From Mobula birostris (lineage: Eukaryota): a stretch of 64,000 nt of DNA. The notes beneath the pieces are model-generated. The model ran no database searches. It saw nothing but the letters and a program-made list of their open reading frames with translations, and was not told the DNA's origin. The stretch spans positions 6,152,215-6,216,214 of the forward strand of contig NC_092382.1 in NCBI RefSeq assembly GCF_030028105.1. The letters are read 5' to 3'. Below, piece after piece: positions 20,460-34,613 of the stretch; position 1 is the stretch's first letter; the number at the start of each line of letters is the position of its first letter. The position numbers were made by a program, and so were the translations under genes.

Positions 20460-22950
20460 TGTTGTGTTCTTTAATACACACCGTGGGTTTCTAATAAAGA
20501 ACCATATTCTGGAAAAAACTTATCAACACTTTACTTATCAACAACCACAAGTATCTTGCAAAGCCATGTTTTCTGGATCTTTCTATCATTCCTGCGCATG
20601 CTCAGAACTCTCTGCAATCACGTTCCTACACGTCATATCACCAGATCTTCCTTTCCTTAAAAAGAAAAACAATTAGCAACATTGACCAGAGCAAATGCAT
20701 AATTTAACATGTCTCCATCATTTTCTCTGGGGGTCTGCAAACACCAGTAGATCTTCTAAGTAGTTCACACAGTTTCTTGTGTTTTGTTGTCATTTCCATG
20801 TTTTGTCCAGTCTGAAACTGAAACTATGAAGTTGGCTCTTTATTGAAGTCTTTGCGATGCCTTCTTAACACTGCTCCTTCCTCTGTTTGGACCATGTATC
20901 ATCTGGGTTGTACTTCGTCAAGTACTGTAGCTTTCTGTGTCCATGTGTTCATTTTGTCTTGTATCCTTACTTCATCTTCTTGGTGAAGTTCAGGGAATGG
21001 CGGAGAACATCTGTCAAAGTATGTTTTCTTGTTTGGTTTCTGTTCATCTTTCCATCTTTTCACTTGTTCACCTCCCTCTGTTCTCAGGAGGCTCTCATTT
21101 TTTGGCAGATTGGATCTCAAACGGCATCCCATCAAGAGCTGAGCAGGTGAACATTGACTTTCAAGCAGAGTACTACAATAGGCTAACAAAGCTTTATAAA
21201 AATCACCTCCACTATATTTTGCTTTGTGCATCAGTTTCCTGATAATTCCTACCAAATTCTCAACTAATCCATTGGACTGAGGGAAAAATGGTCTGGATGT
21301 TGTATGAACAAAGCCCCATTCATGAGCAAAATGTCTCATGCATTCACCATTGAATTGTGGACCATTGTCTGTGAAAACTTCATCAGGTACACCATATCTG
21401 GAAAAAAAAACTGATTTCATGCATGTAATTACATTCTCTGTTGTTGTTCTGCTTAAACCTTCACACACTTCAGGATACAATGAGTAGTAATCTGTCATTA
21501 ATAGATAATCTTTGTCGTCAGATACAAAAAAGATCAACACCTATCTTCTGATAAGGTCTCTAAGGACTAGGACGTGGATGCAGTGGCTCCTTAGGGTTGC
21601 TGGGTCGGTATTTAAGGCATATTTGACAAGAAGACACCAATTCTGCAATTTCTTGATTCATCCTGGGCCAAAACATCACTTCTCGCACCCCCCCCCCTTA
21701 CATTTTTCAATACCTCTGACGCCTTTATGAATTTTCCCAATCATTTCTTTTCCGAGACTCTTAGGAATCACGATTCTGCTACCTTTGTACAATGTCCCGT
21801 CGACAACAGAAAGTTCTGTTCTGTGGTTCCAATATTCTTGTACTTCTGAGGTACAGTCATGCTTATTATCTGGCCATCCATCCATCGCCACTTGTATTAC
21901 CTGACTGACAATTTTGTCCTTCTCTGTCGCAAGACGCAGCATTTCCAACTATACAGGAACAACAGGTACAGTCTCTATGATCACACCAACAAATGCCTGA
22001 ACATCAACAGCGTCCCTGTGACTGCCTTTTGTTGTTGGATCCACAGCTCTGGAAAGTGTGTCAGCCGTGTACATAAATTTTCCAGGTGTGTATGACACAT
22101 TCAACACATACCTTTGCAATTTGGTCATCATTCGCTGAATTCGCAAAGGACAGTCGCTTAAAGGTTTGTGAAACAAGCTTATGATCAGTTTCAACATCAT
22201 TAGATTGCCCTGACACAAACTGATGAAATCTCTCACAAGCAAACATAATGCTGAGCAATTCTTTTTCAATTTGGGTATACCTTGTTTCTGGATCAGATAA
22301 TGAATGAGATGCAAATGCCACTGGTAGCCATTCCTTATCATGTTTCTGGAGTAACACTGCCCCTAAACCTGCTTGAGATGCATCACACGAAATTTTGATG
22401 GCTATCTCAGCATCACAGCATTTCAACACAGGTTCCTTAGTGAGCACTTTCTTGAGATTTTGCCATGCCTTCTCCTGTTCATGATTCCAGCTCCATTTGT
22501 TTTTCCTTTTCCGTTACCTGTTTCAATGGAGCAAGCTGTTCCAAAAGATTGGGTATGAATTTTCCCATGTAGTTGACCATTCCCATAAACCTTTGAAAAT
22601 CCTTTTTACATTGCGGACTTGGCATGTTCTCAATAGCAGAAACCTTCAATGGATCAGGACGCACACCCGCATTGCTGATGATATCACACACAAAGGTAAG
22701 TTCAGTCACTCCTAGCTGACATTTGTCTTTATTCAACTTTAGGTTTGCCTTGCGTGTTGCCTCTAAGACTTGTCTGAGCCTGCCGTCATGCTCTTGTTTA
22801 GATGATCCGCAAACAATAATATCGTCCTTGGAAGTATCTATGCCCTCAATGTGCTCATATAGCATGTAAATAGTTTTATGGTACACTTCAGGAACTGATG
22901 CAATTCCAAATGGAAACCTAAGAAAATGGTATCTGGCAAAAGCAGTGCTC
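20460..22950 (-). mobile_element. Ty3/Gypsy LTR retrotransposon, 5'-truncated (RT, RNase H, IN, PPT, short 3' LTR ~20460-20644)
   Basis: DDIIV, CDASQAGLGAVL, YTQIEKELL, TDNGPQF, PQSNGLVE; PPT AAGGAAAGGAAGA at ~20647-20659. Confidence 0.9.
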
Positions 22951-23500
22951 TCAATCTATCTCTAGAATCCCTAAGGGTTATCCTTCTTTTCTGCGAGGGC
23001 AATGTCATGCCTTCTTTTAGCCATCCTGATTTATTTGATATGTATTCTCTTGCATTTCTTGTACTCCATAAGAATCTACCTGCCTATCCCTGTTAATGCA
23101 ACTCCATTTTGTGCCTCACCAGGGTCTCAATATCTCCTGAAATCCAAAAGATACAGTTTCCATCTTTACCTTTTATTCTGACAAGCACATACCACTTTGT
23201 ACTTTCAAAATTTCGCTTTGAAGGCCTCCCACTTACCAAGCACACCTTTGCCATAAAGCAGTCTGTCCCAGTCCACAGTTGCCAGATCCTTGTGTCATAA
23301 TTCCATTGTTGTTCCGTGCAGTGAACACATCCACCTTTCCTACACTGCTGTTTGTATTAAAATACACAGGACTGAGCATACTCACTGCACCATGCTCAAC
23401 TTTTTCATTCCTGACTTTGTCTGACTTTGAACAACATCTGTCTTCACAACCCCTCCACTACCTGTTCTGTTATTCATGCTTCCATTCCCCCTGAAACTTT
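22950..23500 (-). mobile_element. CR1 fragments
   Basis: Reverse-complement similarity to the CR1 ORF2 pieces at 2900-3200. Confidence 0.55.
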
Positions 23501-23599
23501 AGTTTAACTCCCTCTACCCCCACCTCCCACTATACAGTTCCATCACCCCTTTGTGCTTCATCTCCCAGGTCAATAAAAAGAAGGTGCATTCCAGGAACA

Positions 23600-25480
23600 G
23601 GCAGATAGGAACAAATAGAAATAGAGGAATTTCAAGTGAACACTTATGAAAGAAATAAAAGAAGGCATGAGGTTGCCCAGGCAGACATGGTGAAGGAGAA
23701 TCCTCAGAGATTCTGCCAATATTTTAAGAGCAAAAAGATTGCAAGGGAAAAAAATAATCCTCTGGAAGATCAGAATGGTAATCCATATGAGGAGACAAAA
23801 TATATGGGGAGATTTTAAATCCTATCTTTGCATCTGTATTTACTCGGGAGATGGTTACAAGGTCTATGGAAGTGAGGCAAAGCAGCATCAACTTCATGGA
23901 CCCTGTACAGATTACAGAGATGGAAGAGTTCATTGTCTTAAGGCAAATTAGCGTGGATAAACCCCCAGGGCCTGACAAGTTGTTCCCTGGGACTCTGCGG
24001 AAGACAAGTGCAGAAATTGTCGGGGCACATGCAGAGATTCTTAAATCATCCTTAGTGACAGGTGAGGTACTGGAGGATTGGAGGACAGCCAATGTTCTTC
24101 CGCTGTTCCAGAAAGGCTCTAAAAATAAACTAAGAAATTGTACGTTGGTGAACTTGACATCAGAGGTGGGAAAAGTTACTGGAGGGTTATGTGCAGGAAC
24201 CGGATATATAAATATTTGGACAGATGTTGACTGATGAAGGATAGGCAGCATGGCTTTGTGCATGCTAGGTCATGTCTCACCAAAGTCTCTCGAGGAAGTT
24301 ATCAGGAAAGTGGATGAAGGCAAGGCAGTGGATGTTGTCCACATGGACTTTAGTAAGGCACTTGACAAAGTCTCATATGGGAGGTTGTTCAAGAAGGTTC
24401 GGTCATTCAGCATTCAAGATGAGATAGTAAATTGAATGAAACACTGTCTTTGGGAGAAACCAGAGTGTGGTAGCAGATGGTTGCCTCTCTGACTGGAGGT
24501 CTGTGACTAGTGTGCAATAGGGATCGGTGCTGGATCTGTTGTTGTTTGTCATCTATATCAGTAATCTGGATGACAGTGTGGTTAACTGGATCAGCAAAGT
24601 TGTGGATGATACCAAGTTTGGTGGTGTAGTGGACAGCGAGGAAGATAACCATGGCTTGCAGTGCGATCTGGACCCGCTGGAAAAACGTGTTGAGAAATGG
24701 AAAATGGAATTTAATGCAGACAGGTGCGAAGTGTTGCACTTTGGTGGGACCTACCAGGGTTGGTCTTACACAGTGACTGGTCGGGCACCGAGAAGTGTTG
24801 TAGAAGAAATGAATCTGAGAATACAGGTCTATATTTCACCGAAAGTGGTGTCACAGTTCGATAGGGATGGAAAGAAAGATTTTGGCACATTGGCCTTCAT
24901 AAACCAAATTAATGAGTACTGGAGAGGGATGTTATGTTGACTTTGTACAAGATATTGGTGAGGCCTAATTTTGAGTGTTGTGTGCAGTTTTGGTCACCAA
25001 CCTACAGGAAGATGTAAAAGAGGTTGAAAGAGTTCAGAGAAAATTTGCAAGGATGTTGCCAGGTCTGGAGGACTCAGGTTATAAGGAGAGATTGAACAGG
25101 ACAGGGCCTTATTCCTTGGAATGCAGAAGATTGAGGGGAGATTTGTTGGAGGTGTACAAAATTTATGATGGTTATACGTAGATGGGGTAAAAGCAAGCTG
25201 GCTTTTTGCACTAAGATTTGGTGGGATTACAACCAGAGGCCCTGGATTAAGGGTGAAAGGTGAAACATGAAGGGGAACATGAGGGGAATCTTCTTCGCAC
25301 AGACAGTCACCCGTGTGTGGAATGAGCAGAGAGCCCAACTGGTGCATGCGAGCTCAAGTTCAGCATTGAAGAGGTACCTGGATGGTTGGGGTAAATGGGG
25401 TAGACAGTTTAAATAGATCAGCACAAACTAGATGGGCCAAAGGGCCCTTTTCTGTGTTGTACTTTTCTATGACTCTGTGA
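23600..25480 (+). mobile_element. CR1 ORF2 RT region with 3' end, decayed
   Basis: DKPPGPD, EDWRTANV, DFSKALDKV, SKVVDDTKFGG, RRLRGDLLEVYK. Confidence 0.9.
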
Positions 25481-25692
25481 CAAGAACATGAAATAAAACT
25501 GATATTCATTTAATTCCTTTTAACAACTGTGCGGACCAACCATTCTTCTGGGCAGGTAATATTTACATGGCTTTAAAACTGTGGCACTTTGAATTGACTG
25601 TAGATAAAACAAAAACAGAGTTGCACGTCAACAAAGGCTATTTGCGTGAGAGTTTTTCAGTTACTGTGGGGCCAGGCACCCATGCAGCTCAA

Positions 25693-26532
25693 TGGACAAT
25701 AGACAATAGGTGCAGGAGTAGGCCATTCGGCCCTTCAAGCCAGCACCGCCATTCACTGTGATCATAGCTGATCATCCACAATCAATATTCAGTTCCTGCT
25801 TTATCCCCATAACCTTTGATTCCACTATCTTTAAGAGCTCTATCCATCTCTTTCTTGAAAGCATCCAGAGACTTGGCCTCCACTGCCTGCGGGGGCAGAG
25901 CATTCCACATATCCATCACTCTGTTCTAAATGGCCTATCCCTTATTCTTAAACTGTGGCCTCTGGTTCTGGACTCACCCATCAGTGGGAACATGCTTCCT
26001 GCCTCCAGCGTGTGCAATCCCTTAATAATCTTATATGTTTCAATCTGATCCCCTATCATCCTTCTAAATTCCTGTGTATACAAGCCAAGTCGCTCCAATC
26101 TTCCAACATATGACAGTCCCATCATCCCGGGAATTAATCTTGTGAACCTACGCTGCACTCCCTCAACAGCAAGAATGTCCTTCCTCAAATTTGGAAACCA
26201 AAACTGCACGCAATACTCCAGGTGTGGTCTCACCAGGGCCCTGTACAGCTGCAGAAGGACCTCTTTGTTCCAATACTCAATTCCCCTTGTTATGAAAGCC
26301 AGAATACCATTAGCTTTCTTCAGTGCCTGCTGTACCTGCATGCTTACTTTCAGTGACTGATGAACAAGAACACCTAGATCTCGTTGTACTTCCCCTTTTC
26401 CTAACTTGACTCCATTTAGATAATAATCTGCCTTCCTGTTCTTGCCACCAAAGTGGATAACCTCACATTTATCCACATTCAACTGCATCTGCCATGCATC
26501 CGCCCACTCACCCAACCTGTCCAAGTCACCAT
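25693..26532 (-). mobile_element. CR1 3' end inserted into the putative small exon of gene 2
   Basis: ORF 25916..26575 LYRALVRPHLEYCVQFW; CAATAGACAATAGG tail; same subfamily as 49090-50265. Confidence 0.9.
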
Positions 26533-27237
26533 GTACAAGCTGTCCAAGCACAGTGGGAACAGGGAATAATACCAAAGGATAGTATCAGACTGAGCCAGGT
26601 CACAGATTGGAGACGGCCAGAATGCCCCATTCTCACAGAGACAGGAAAAGCATCAGCGAGTTTGATGGTCATTACAGATACCAGTACCGTGCTCAGTTAG
26701 AAGATGACTTCTCTCTCCAACTTGTGTTGAACCTCACTTTAACAGTGTGAGGCCAGATCACACCTTGGCAACTCAAGTGATCTCATCTGAAATGTTGTCC
26801 TTCACTCACTGATGGATTTTGTAACTTTTTTTTTTCAGGTTGAAAAGGACAAGGGACTTATCTACGGGAATCTTGAACACAACAAGCCAGCTTTGCTGTC
26901 TCTGTCCACGTGTATAAGAAGTGGAGCAAGAGATTCACTCGATCATCCTTCCTACTCAGACAGTGGGGAGGATTCACTCGATCATCTGACCGACTGGCAT
27001 GCCTGTCAGTTTACACAGGGGAGAGGCCGTTCACCTTTTCAGACTGTGGGGATTCAAGGTCATCTCATTAAGGTACACCTGCAAGTTCACACTGGGACAA
27101 GGCCATTCCCCTATTCTGTGGGTGAGAGGTGATTCAGTCGGTCATCCCACCTGTGGACACACCAGTCAGTTTGCACTGGGCAGAGGCTGGTCATCTGCTG
27201 AATTTGTGGGGAAGGATTCACTCAGTCATCTGACCTA

Positions 27238-28695
27238 ATGGCTCACCAGCGAGTTCACATCGGGGAGCGGCCGTTCAGCTGCTCGGACTGTGGGGAAGGA
27301 TTCACTCAGTCATCTGACCTAATGGCTCACCAGCGAGTTCACATCGGGGAGCGGCCGTTCAGCTGCTTGGACTGTGGGAAGGGATTCACTTGTTCATCTA
27401 AGCTAAAGGTACATCAGCGAGTTCACACTGGGGAGAGGCCGTTCACCTGCTCAGACTGTGGGAAGGGATTCATTCAGTCATCCGATCTGAAGGTACATCA
27501 GCGAGTTCACACTGGGGTGAGGCTGTTCAACTGCTCAGACTGTGGGAAACGATTCACTTCGTCATCTCAACTTAAGGTACATCGGCGTGTTCACACTGGG
27601 GAGAGGCCGTTCAACTGCTCAGACTGTGGGAAAGGATTCACTTCATCATCTCAACTTAAGGTACATCAGCGAGTTCACACTGGGGAGAGGCCGTTCACCT
27701 GCTCAGACTGTGGGAAGGGATTCATTTCGACATCCAATCTGAAGGTACATCAGCGAGTTCACACAGGGGAGCGGCCGTTCACCTGTTCAGACTGTGGGAA
27801 GGGATTCACTTTGTTATCTCAAATACTGAGACACCAGTCAGTTCATACCGGGAAGTGGCCAATCACCTGCTCAGTCTGTGGGAAAGGATTCGTTAATTCA
27901 TCTCAACTGAAGGTACATCAGCGAGTCCACACTGGGGAGAGGCCGTTCACCTGCTCAGTCTGCGGGAAGGGATTCAATCAGTCATTTCACCTACTGACAC
28001 ACCGCGCAGCCCACACAGGGAAATGGCCGTTCACCTGCTCAGTCTGTGGGAAAGGATACATTAAGTCATCTGAACTGAAGGTACATGAACGAGTCCACAC
28101 TGGGGAGAGACCGTTCACCTGCTCAGTCTGTGGGAAGGGATTCATTTCTTCATCCCACCTGAACGTACATCAGCGAGTTCATACTGGGGAGAGACCGTTC
28201 ACCTGCTCAGTCTGTGGGAAGGGATTCATTTCGTCATCCAATCTGAAGGTACATCAGCGAGTTCACACAGGGGAGCGGCCGTTCACCTGCTCGGACTGTG
28301 GGAAGGGATTCAGTTTGTCTTCTCAACTACTGAGACACCAGTCAGTTCATACCGGGGAGTGGCCATTAACCTGCTCAGTCTGTGGGAAGGGATTCAATCA
28401 GTCACTTCACCTACTGACACACCACGCAGCCCACACAGGGAATTGGCCATTCACCTGCTCAGTCTGTGGGAAAGGATTCATTAAATTATCTCAACTGAAG
28501 GAACATCAGCGAGTTCACACTGGGGAGAGGCCATTTACCTGCTCAGTCTGTGGGAAGGGATTCATTTCGTCATCCAATCTGAAAGTACATCAGCGAGTTC
28601 ATACTGGGGAGACACCGTCCACCTGCTCAGACTGTGGGAAAGGATTCATTCAGTCATCCAACCTACAAGGACACTGGTCAGTTCACACAGGGTAG
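27238..28695 (+). CDS. C2H2 zinc-finger protein (gene 2), 17 fingers, no effector domain
   Basis: 485-aa uninterrupted finger array; acceptor at 26838. Confidence 0.92.
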   Translation: MAHQRVHIGERPFSCSDCGEGFTQSSDLMAHQRVHIGERPFSCLDCGKGFTCSSKLKVHQRVHTGERPFTCSDCGKGFIQSSDLKVHQRVHTGVRLFNCSDCGKRFTSSSQLKVHRRVHTGERPFNCSDCGKGFTSSSQLKVHQRVHTGERPFTCSDCGKGFISTSNLKVHQRVHTGERPFTCSDCGKGFTLLSQILRHQSVHTGKWPITCSVCGKGFVNSSQLKVHQRVHTGERPFTCSVCGKGFNQSFHLLTHRAAHTGKWPFTCSVCGKGYIKSSELKVHERVHTGERPFTCSVCGKGFISSSHLNVHQRVHTGERPFTCSVCGKGFISSSNLKVHQRVHTGERPFTCSDCGKGFSLSSQLLRHQSVHTGEWPLTCSVCGKGFNQSLHLLTHHAAHTGNWPFTCSVCGKGFIKLSQLKEHQRVHTGERPFTCSVCGKGFISSSNLKVHQRVHTGETPSTCSDCGKGFIQSSNLQGHWSVHTG

Positions 28696-28764
28696 AGGCT
28701 GATCACCTGCTTAGACTTTGGGAAGAGATTCTCTCAGCCAAATGAGCCAAATGTGCATCATTGA

Positions 28765-29375
<611 letters not shown>

Positions 29376-29605
29376 CTGGGATACATTACCGGGTTCACAC
29401 TGGAGAGAAAGTTTGAATAAGCTGCATGCTGGATATTTGTCCATCACCGTTGCTGAATGCAATTTCGACAATGACAGTCAGTGCTGAACTCTGCAATTAT
29501 CACCACATCCAGTTCTGCACCCTGGTCACTGGGCATGGGAGGAGTTTCTTCTGCTGCACAATCACCTTTAATGGGACTGGAGTTTAATATTCTGTATCGG
29601 AGACA

Positions 29606-29611
29606 AATAAA
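29606..29611 (+). promoter_or_regulatory. Probable polyadenylation signal of gene 2
   Basis: AATAAA homologous to 7897-7902. Confidence 0.55.
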
Positions 29612-30269
29612 TCAGTTCTATTTTAAACTCTGTCTCTGGTACTTAGTAAATTTATAACACAACCAGTGTACAATAGAGAGTCAACTCGGGCCGTCTGGAC
29701 CCTGCCAGTAATTCAGTTTCACGATAGTCCTTTTTAAATCCTCCCCTGTTGTTCATCTCTCGCTCCCCCTGTGGAGATGGGTTCCAAACAGTCACCACTG
29801 TGGGTGAAGAGGTTTCCCTTGAATTTTCTGCAGACTGAAGAAGTCGAGCTGACTGCAGTTCTGTCTGACATGTTCATCGCCCCTCTAATCTCTGGGCTGA
29901 GAAAGAATGACATTGGGAGTTAACCTCCTTATTCAGGGCTCATTTCCACATGTGGGTCATTTTCCCTGCTTCTGAAGGGTTGTTAGAAAACACCACTGTC
30001 CTCTAAAGACTGAAAGCAGAATGGGAAACCATCAGTTGGATATTCAACGGAGCAGGGTCAGAAACCAGAGGCGGGTCCGCACAGGGCAGAGTTTGGGGCT
30101 TTGGACGATGGTCGGGGTAAGAACATATGATGAGGAGAAGGAAATCAGCAGCGGGGTGTGGCAACGAATGACAGAGTAGCAACATTTGGAAGCTGATTGA
30201 CAGAGAAAATAATTCCGTTGTCTGACTGATGACACAAACAATGCCTGTGGTGAGGTGCTCCATTGATCG

Positions 30270-31130
30270 AGGCACATGTGTGTTTTGAAATGGTTTTATC
30301 AATTGAGGGAGTTGTTCCTGCTTGTTTATCCTGTAACATCCCGATGGTTTTAAGGATTGTCTTATCTGCAAAAGTGTATTGATTATCTGTGTTCCTGTGC
30401 CTACTCCTAGTCTGCGTCCTGTCCCGTCATTTAGTTTTGTCCATTCCTGTTCCCTCATACTTCAGTGCCTGTGTCATGCTTTTGGGACCGTTCCCAGCGT
30501 CCCCCATTATGACACTTGAAGCAAGATTTTGGTGAATGATATTTGCCACTTGATTGTACCTTTGTAAGTAATCAGATTGAGTTAAACTGCTGCAGGATCC
30601 TGGAAAGTGTCGGACTGTGTCTGGTATGTCTTGGCATTTTCTGCATTCATCACCTTGTTTGTTACTCTTTTATGTATCTTTGTTAATTTTTACATTAACC
30701 ACTCTGTCCTGTATTTCTGCAAGGTACCTCTCTTTCTGTGAAGACGTCTTCCACTCAGAGTCGGGCGTTCGATGCTTCCTTGACGAACATCTTATCTGCT
30801 CAGATCATTGGGGTGTCTTCCATGGAGGGTCATAATCATTCCACTGGTTAACATTTTCTTCAATACTGGTGATTCATTTTTCTGAGTAGGCCTCTCATTT
30901 AAGTTTTCTGGTGTGTACTTCCATCACAATTGCTTATGCTTGCATGGAGTGCTGAATCCTGCTTATTTTAGAAGAAAATATATATTTAGGAGTTTTATCT
31001 GACTGTTGTGTAAGTTTTTAATGTCTGTAATTCCTTGTCCTCCTTCTGTCCTAGGTAGTGTTGATCCAAGTCTGTTTCAGTGCAGATACTGTTTTCTAAA
31101 TTTGTCTTTTCCGCTCTTATTTTTCTTTGT
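30270..31130 (-). mobile_element. R4/Dong-clade relic, duplicate of 8570-9625
   Basis: Colinear similarity to the first copy; LQDKQAGTT in ORF 30145..30339. Confidence 0.7.
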
Positions 31131-31844
31131 AAAGTTCCATTTCAGAATGGGACCAAGATATTTTTCCGAAATAATTAGTTTCGTTAAGGAAAATATTTTG
31201 ATCCCCGATTCGATTTTGAGAGAAAGTGGGGCTCCTTTGCCAAATATTATCATTTAATATGAATTTATTTATATAGTTTCCTTCCAATTTTATGTTATAT
31301 AAATGTGATTTGGCAGTTGTTGTTGTTGTTTTAAAAAGAATCTTTTATATATAATTGCAAGACGTAATGCTCCGGGTGTTGGTTCCTAATGTTTTTTTAG
31401 TAGTTCGTGGGTATTTTTTTCATTAGTTGGGGTTCTCTTTTTCCCTTTTTCTAAGTTTTTTTTCATTAGCATATACAAGCTTTTTTCTTCAGCTTTATTA
31501 ATTATATATACTAATTTGTTGAACTTTTGCATTTTATAGTTGTAGAAGATTATATATCAATAAAAAGATTTTAAAAATGAAATGAAAAGAAAATATGTTC
31601 TTAGGAGATATTTTGCTTAATTCCCCATCCTGCTTACATTTGTTTCTCTCACTTCATCTCCACCCCCCAAATGCCAATACTTCAAGTGTATCGGGGTAGA
31701 AGTGGATATATATACTATTACTAAGGAGAAAATTTGCTTTGGAAGCTGAAAGGCCTGGAGGTAGGTAAAACTCCTGGACCAGACAATGTACACCCCAGTG
31801 TTCAGAAAATGGTAGGTGAAGAGATTGTGAAGACATTAAAGTCA

Positions 31845-32740
31845 TAGAACATGACAATCTAGTCTGTGCCAAAGTATTCATCCAGCAACCTCCATTCCCT
31901 TCCATCCATGCACCCATCCAAACTTTGCTTAAATGTTGAAATCGCCCCTGCCACTTGCTCTGGCAGCCCGTTCCACATTCTCACCAGCTCTGAGGGAAGA
32001 AGTCCCCCCTCGTGTTTATCTTAAAGAATGGGTCATGACCTTTCAAGTATCACTAGACTTGGGAATAGTTCTGGCGAGCTAGAAAGTTGCAAATGTCATT
32101 CCATTCTTTAAGAAGGGAGGGAAGCAGAAGAAAGGATATTATATGACAGTTTCTGACGTCAGTGGTTGGAGTCCATTAAGGATGATTTTTCGGGGTACGT
32201 GGCACACGATAAAGTAGGCCAAATTCCTCATGGTTTCCTGGAGGGAAAATCTTGTCTCGGAAATCTGTTGGAACTCTTTGATGAAATAACAGGCAGGATA
32301 GACAAAGGAGAGGCAGTGGATGTTGTTTGCTTGGATTTCCAGATGGTCTTTAACAAGGTCTTGCTCCCATGAGCCTGCTGAACAAGGTCACAGCTCATGG
32401 TATTACAGGAAAGATACTACAATCAATCGAAGAGTGGTTTACTGGCAGCAGGCAAAGACTCAGAACAATGCGAGCCTATTCTGTTTGCTGCTAGTAAACA
32501 ATGACATTCCGCTGGGATCAGTATTGAGACCGCTTTTTTTCGTGTTAGATATCAATGATCTGGATGACAGAATTGATGGCTTGGTGACCAGCTTTGCAGT
32601 TAATACGAAGATAGGTGCCGGGCAAAGCTGGTCACCAAACCATCAATTCTACCTTAGAGTAAAGCGGGTGTCTAATGAAGGACTCGGACAGGTTTGGAGA
32701 ACAGACAATGAAGTGGCAGATGGAATGCAGTGTTGGGACT
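31845..32740. mobile_element. CR1 fragments
   Basis: HGFLEGKSCLGNL, DVVCLDFQ and INDLDD motifs (+); minus-strand tail at ~31845. Confidence 0.75.
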
Positions 32741-32929
32741 GCGGTCTACAGCCAGGGACTCAGGTTCATGTAGCATAGTGATGCACGAACATTGTTAGCA
32801 AAACACTCTGATACAATACGGGTTTCGTTTGTCACAGACAACAATGCCATTTTGGTACTACCAGTAAAGAACATTTCCAGAGTGGTCAAGAAGCTTCCAA
32901 ACAGCCCGGGCCATCTGTGAAAACCCTTC

Positions 32930-34215
32930 CACATAGATGGAATCTTAGCCCCTTTTTAAGTTTAAATTCAAGGATAATTACCATAAAAATGAATATTCTC
33001 CCTCGCTTACTTTACCTTTTCCGGACTTTACCTGTGGAGGTAGACGATAATCAATTCAGGAAATGGGACAAAAGGATTTCCCGCCTTATTTCACAAGGAA
33101 AGAAACCTAGAATCGGATTTAACACCTTCCAGTTAGGAAAGGAAGGAGGAGGTATAGCACTTCCTTGCTTGAGAAATTATTTTTATGCTTCACAGATAAC
33201 CCCTCTGTTATATTGGTGTAATAAGGGATAGAAGGCTAGGTGGAAGGAAATAGAATTTGGATTGATTGACAGTTTTCCTCTACAGGACTCAATTGCGAAC
33301 AAAGGATTGATGACCCAATTGGAAAAGTTAAAAATAGCTGGATAAATGTCACACTAAAAGTATGGCAGAAGGTGGCTAATTCATGTGGAATCTATAACAT
33401 GTTAACACTTTTCAGATGGTGTGCTGATGATACCACATTCCTTCCCAGCAGAGGAGATAAAAGATTTGAACTATGGATAGAGAAAGGTCTTACAACCTAC
33501 ATCTCATTCACACACTAAAGTATTACGAAGTTCTCAATCCCTGTAGGACAAACATGGCCTGGAACACAATCACTTTTTTAGGTACCTTCAAAAAGAATTC
33601 AAAAAGAAAATAATTATCATATTTGGAATAAATGGATTGAATTTATAACCCCAAAGCGAGCAGACTTTTAGATGACTCTCCTAATGGTTTAGACTGCCTT
33701 CCCTATCAACATAGTAATAGTGTTAACGTAAGCTCCCTTGGTTCGAATGTTCACTGTTCTATTTCTGGAAAATGAGGAATTAACACAAGCAAAGAAAAAG
33801 ATTTGAGAAAAAATATGATGAAATGAAGTAAATAAGTACACAGAGATTGGATAAGTATGTTTGTGGGTAGGAACAAACATTAACACCTACGAAGGAAGCT
33901 ACATGGGGTTACACACAATATTTTGAACCAGAAAGAAATGGACCAGAAGAGATACATGGAGATTATTATTCATACACTATTATTACTATTTTAACAACTA
34001 TTATTATTATTTAGTTTAATAGAGTGGAATTACAACTGCACGTAAATATCTATTTAAGTGCCTAATTATTTTTATATCATCTCAGTGTGTACTTGTGAAT
34101 ATATAAATATATATAGATTTATATATATATAAACATGGAAAAGGTTTTATATGTAAAAACAAGTTTGTGTAATACTTAAAATACCTTATCCAAATAAAAA
34201 ATAACATTAAATAAA
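32930..34215 (+). mobile_element. L1-clade LINE 3' portion
   Basis: IKMNILPRLLYLF...KEGGGIALP; AATAAA and A-rich tail at ~34193-34218. Confidence 0.8.
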
Positions 34216-34613
34216 GAAAACCCTCCCAACCCCTACATCACTCCCCATTTCTGTAAACCTCTCCAACCCCGACAGCACTCGCCATCTCTGTAAAACCCTC
34301 CACCATCCACCCTGGAGCTGACCCGAGAAAGACACTGTCCATGACGCATGGCAGGGCTCATAAAACACCCTGTTGTCCAGAGGAAACTACAGTCTGATCA
34401 AGGTCAGGGGAAGCAGACAAACCAGTTCTCTCTGTCTCCCCCCATTTTGTGGACTCTGAATTGACTCTTGCTCTTGGATAATCTAATCAGAGCATCCACC
34501 CTGGAGCATTCAGACGACAGCTAACCCGAGAAAGACACAGGGTGAATGTAGACACAGGAAGCTTCAGGTGATCATCTGCTAATCCTGAGACCATTCCTAA
34601 ACAAGCATACGTT

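Noticed and set aside
27190-27210. In-frame TGA in C*IC (also at ~46896) as selenocysteine or read-through
   Set aside because: It replaces a Ser position in a decayed finger, and the upstream fingers are also disrupted
27238-28695. PRDM9 or a CRISPR-like repeat array
   Set aside because: No KRAB, SSXRD or SET exons are seen; the repeats are coding fingers in eukaryotic DNA with no spacers or cas genes
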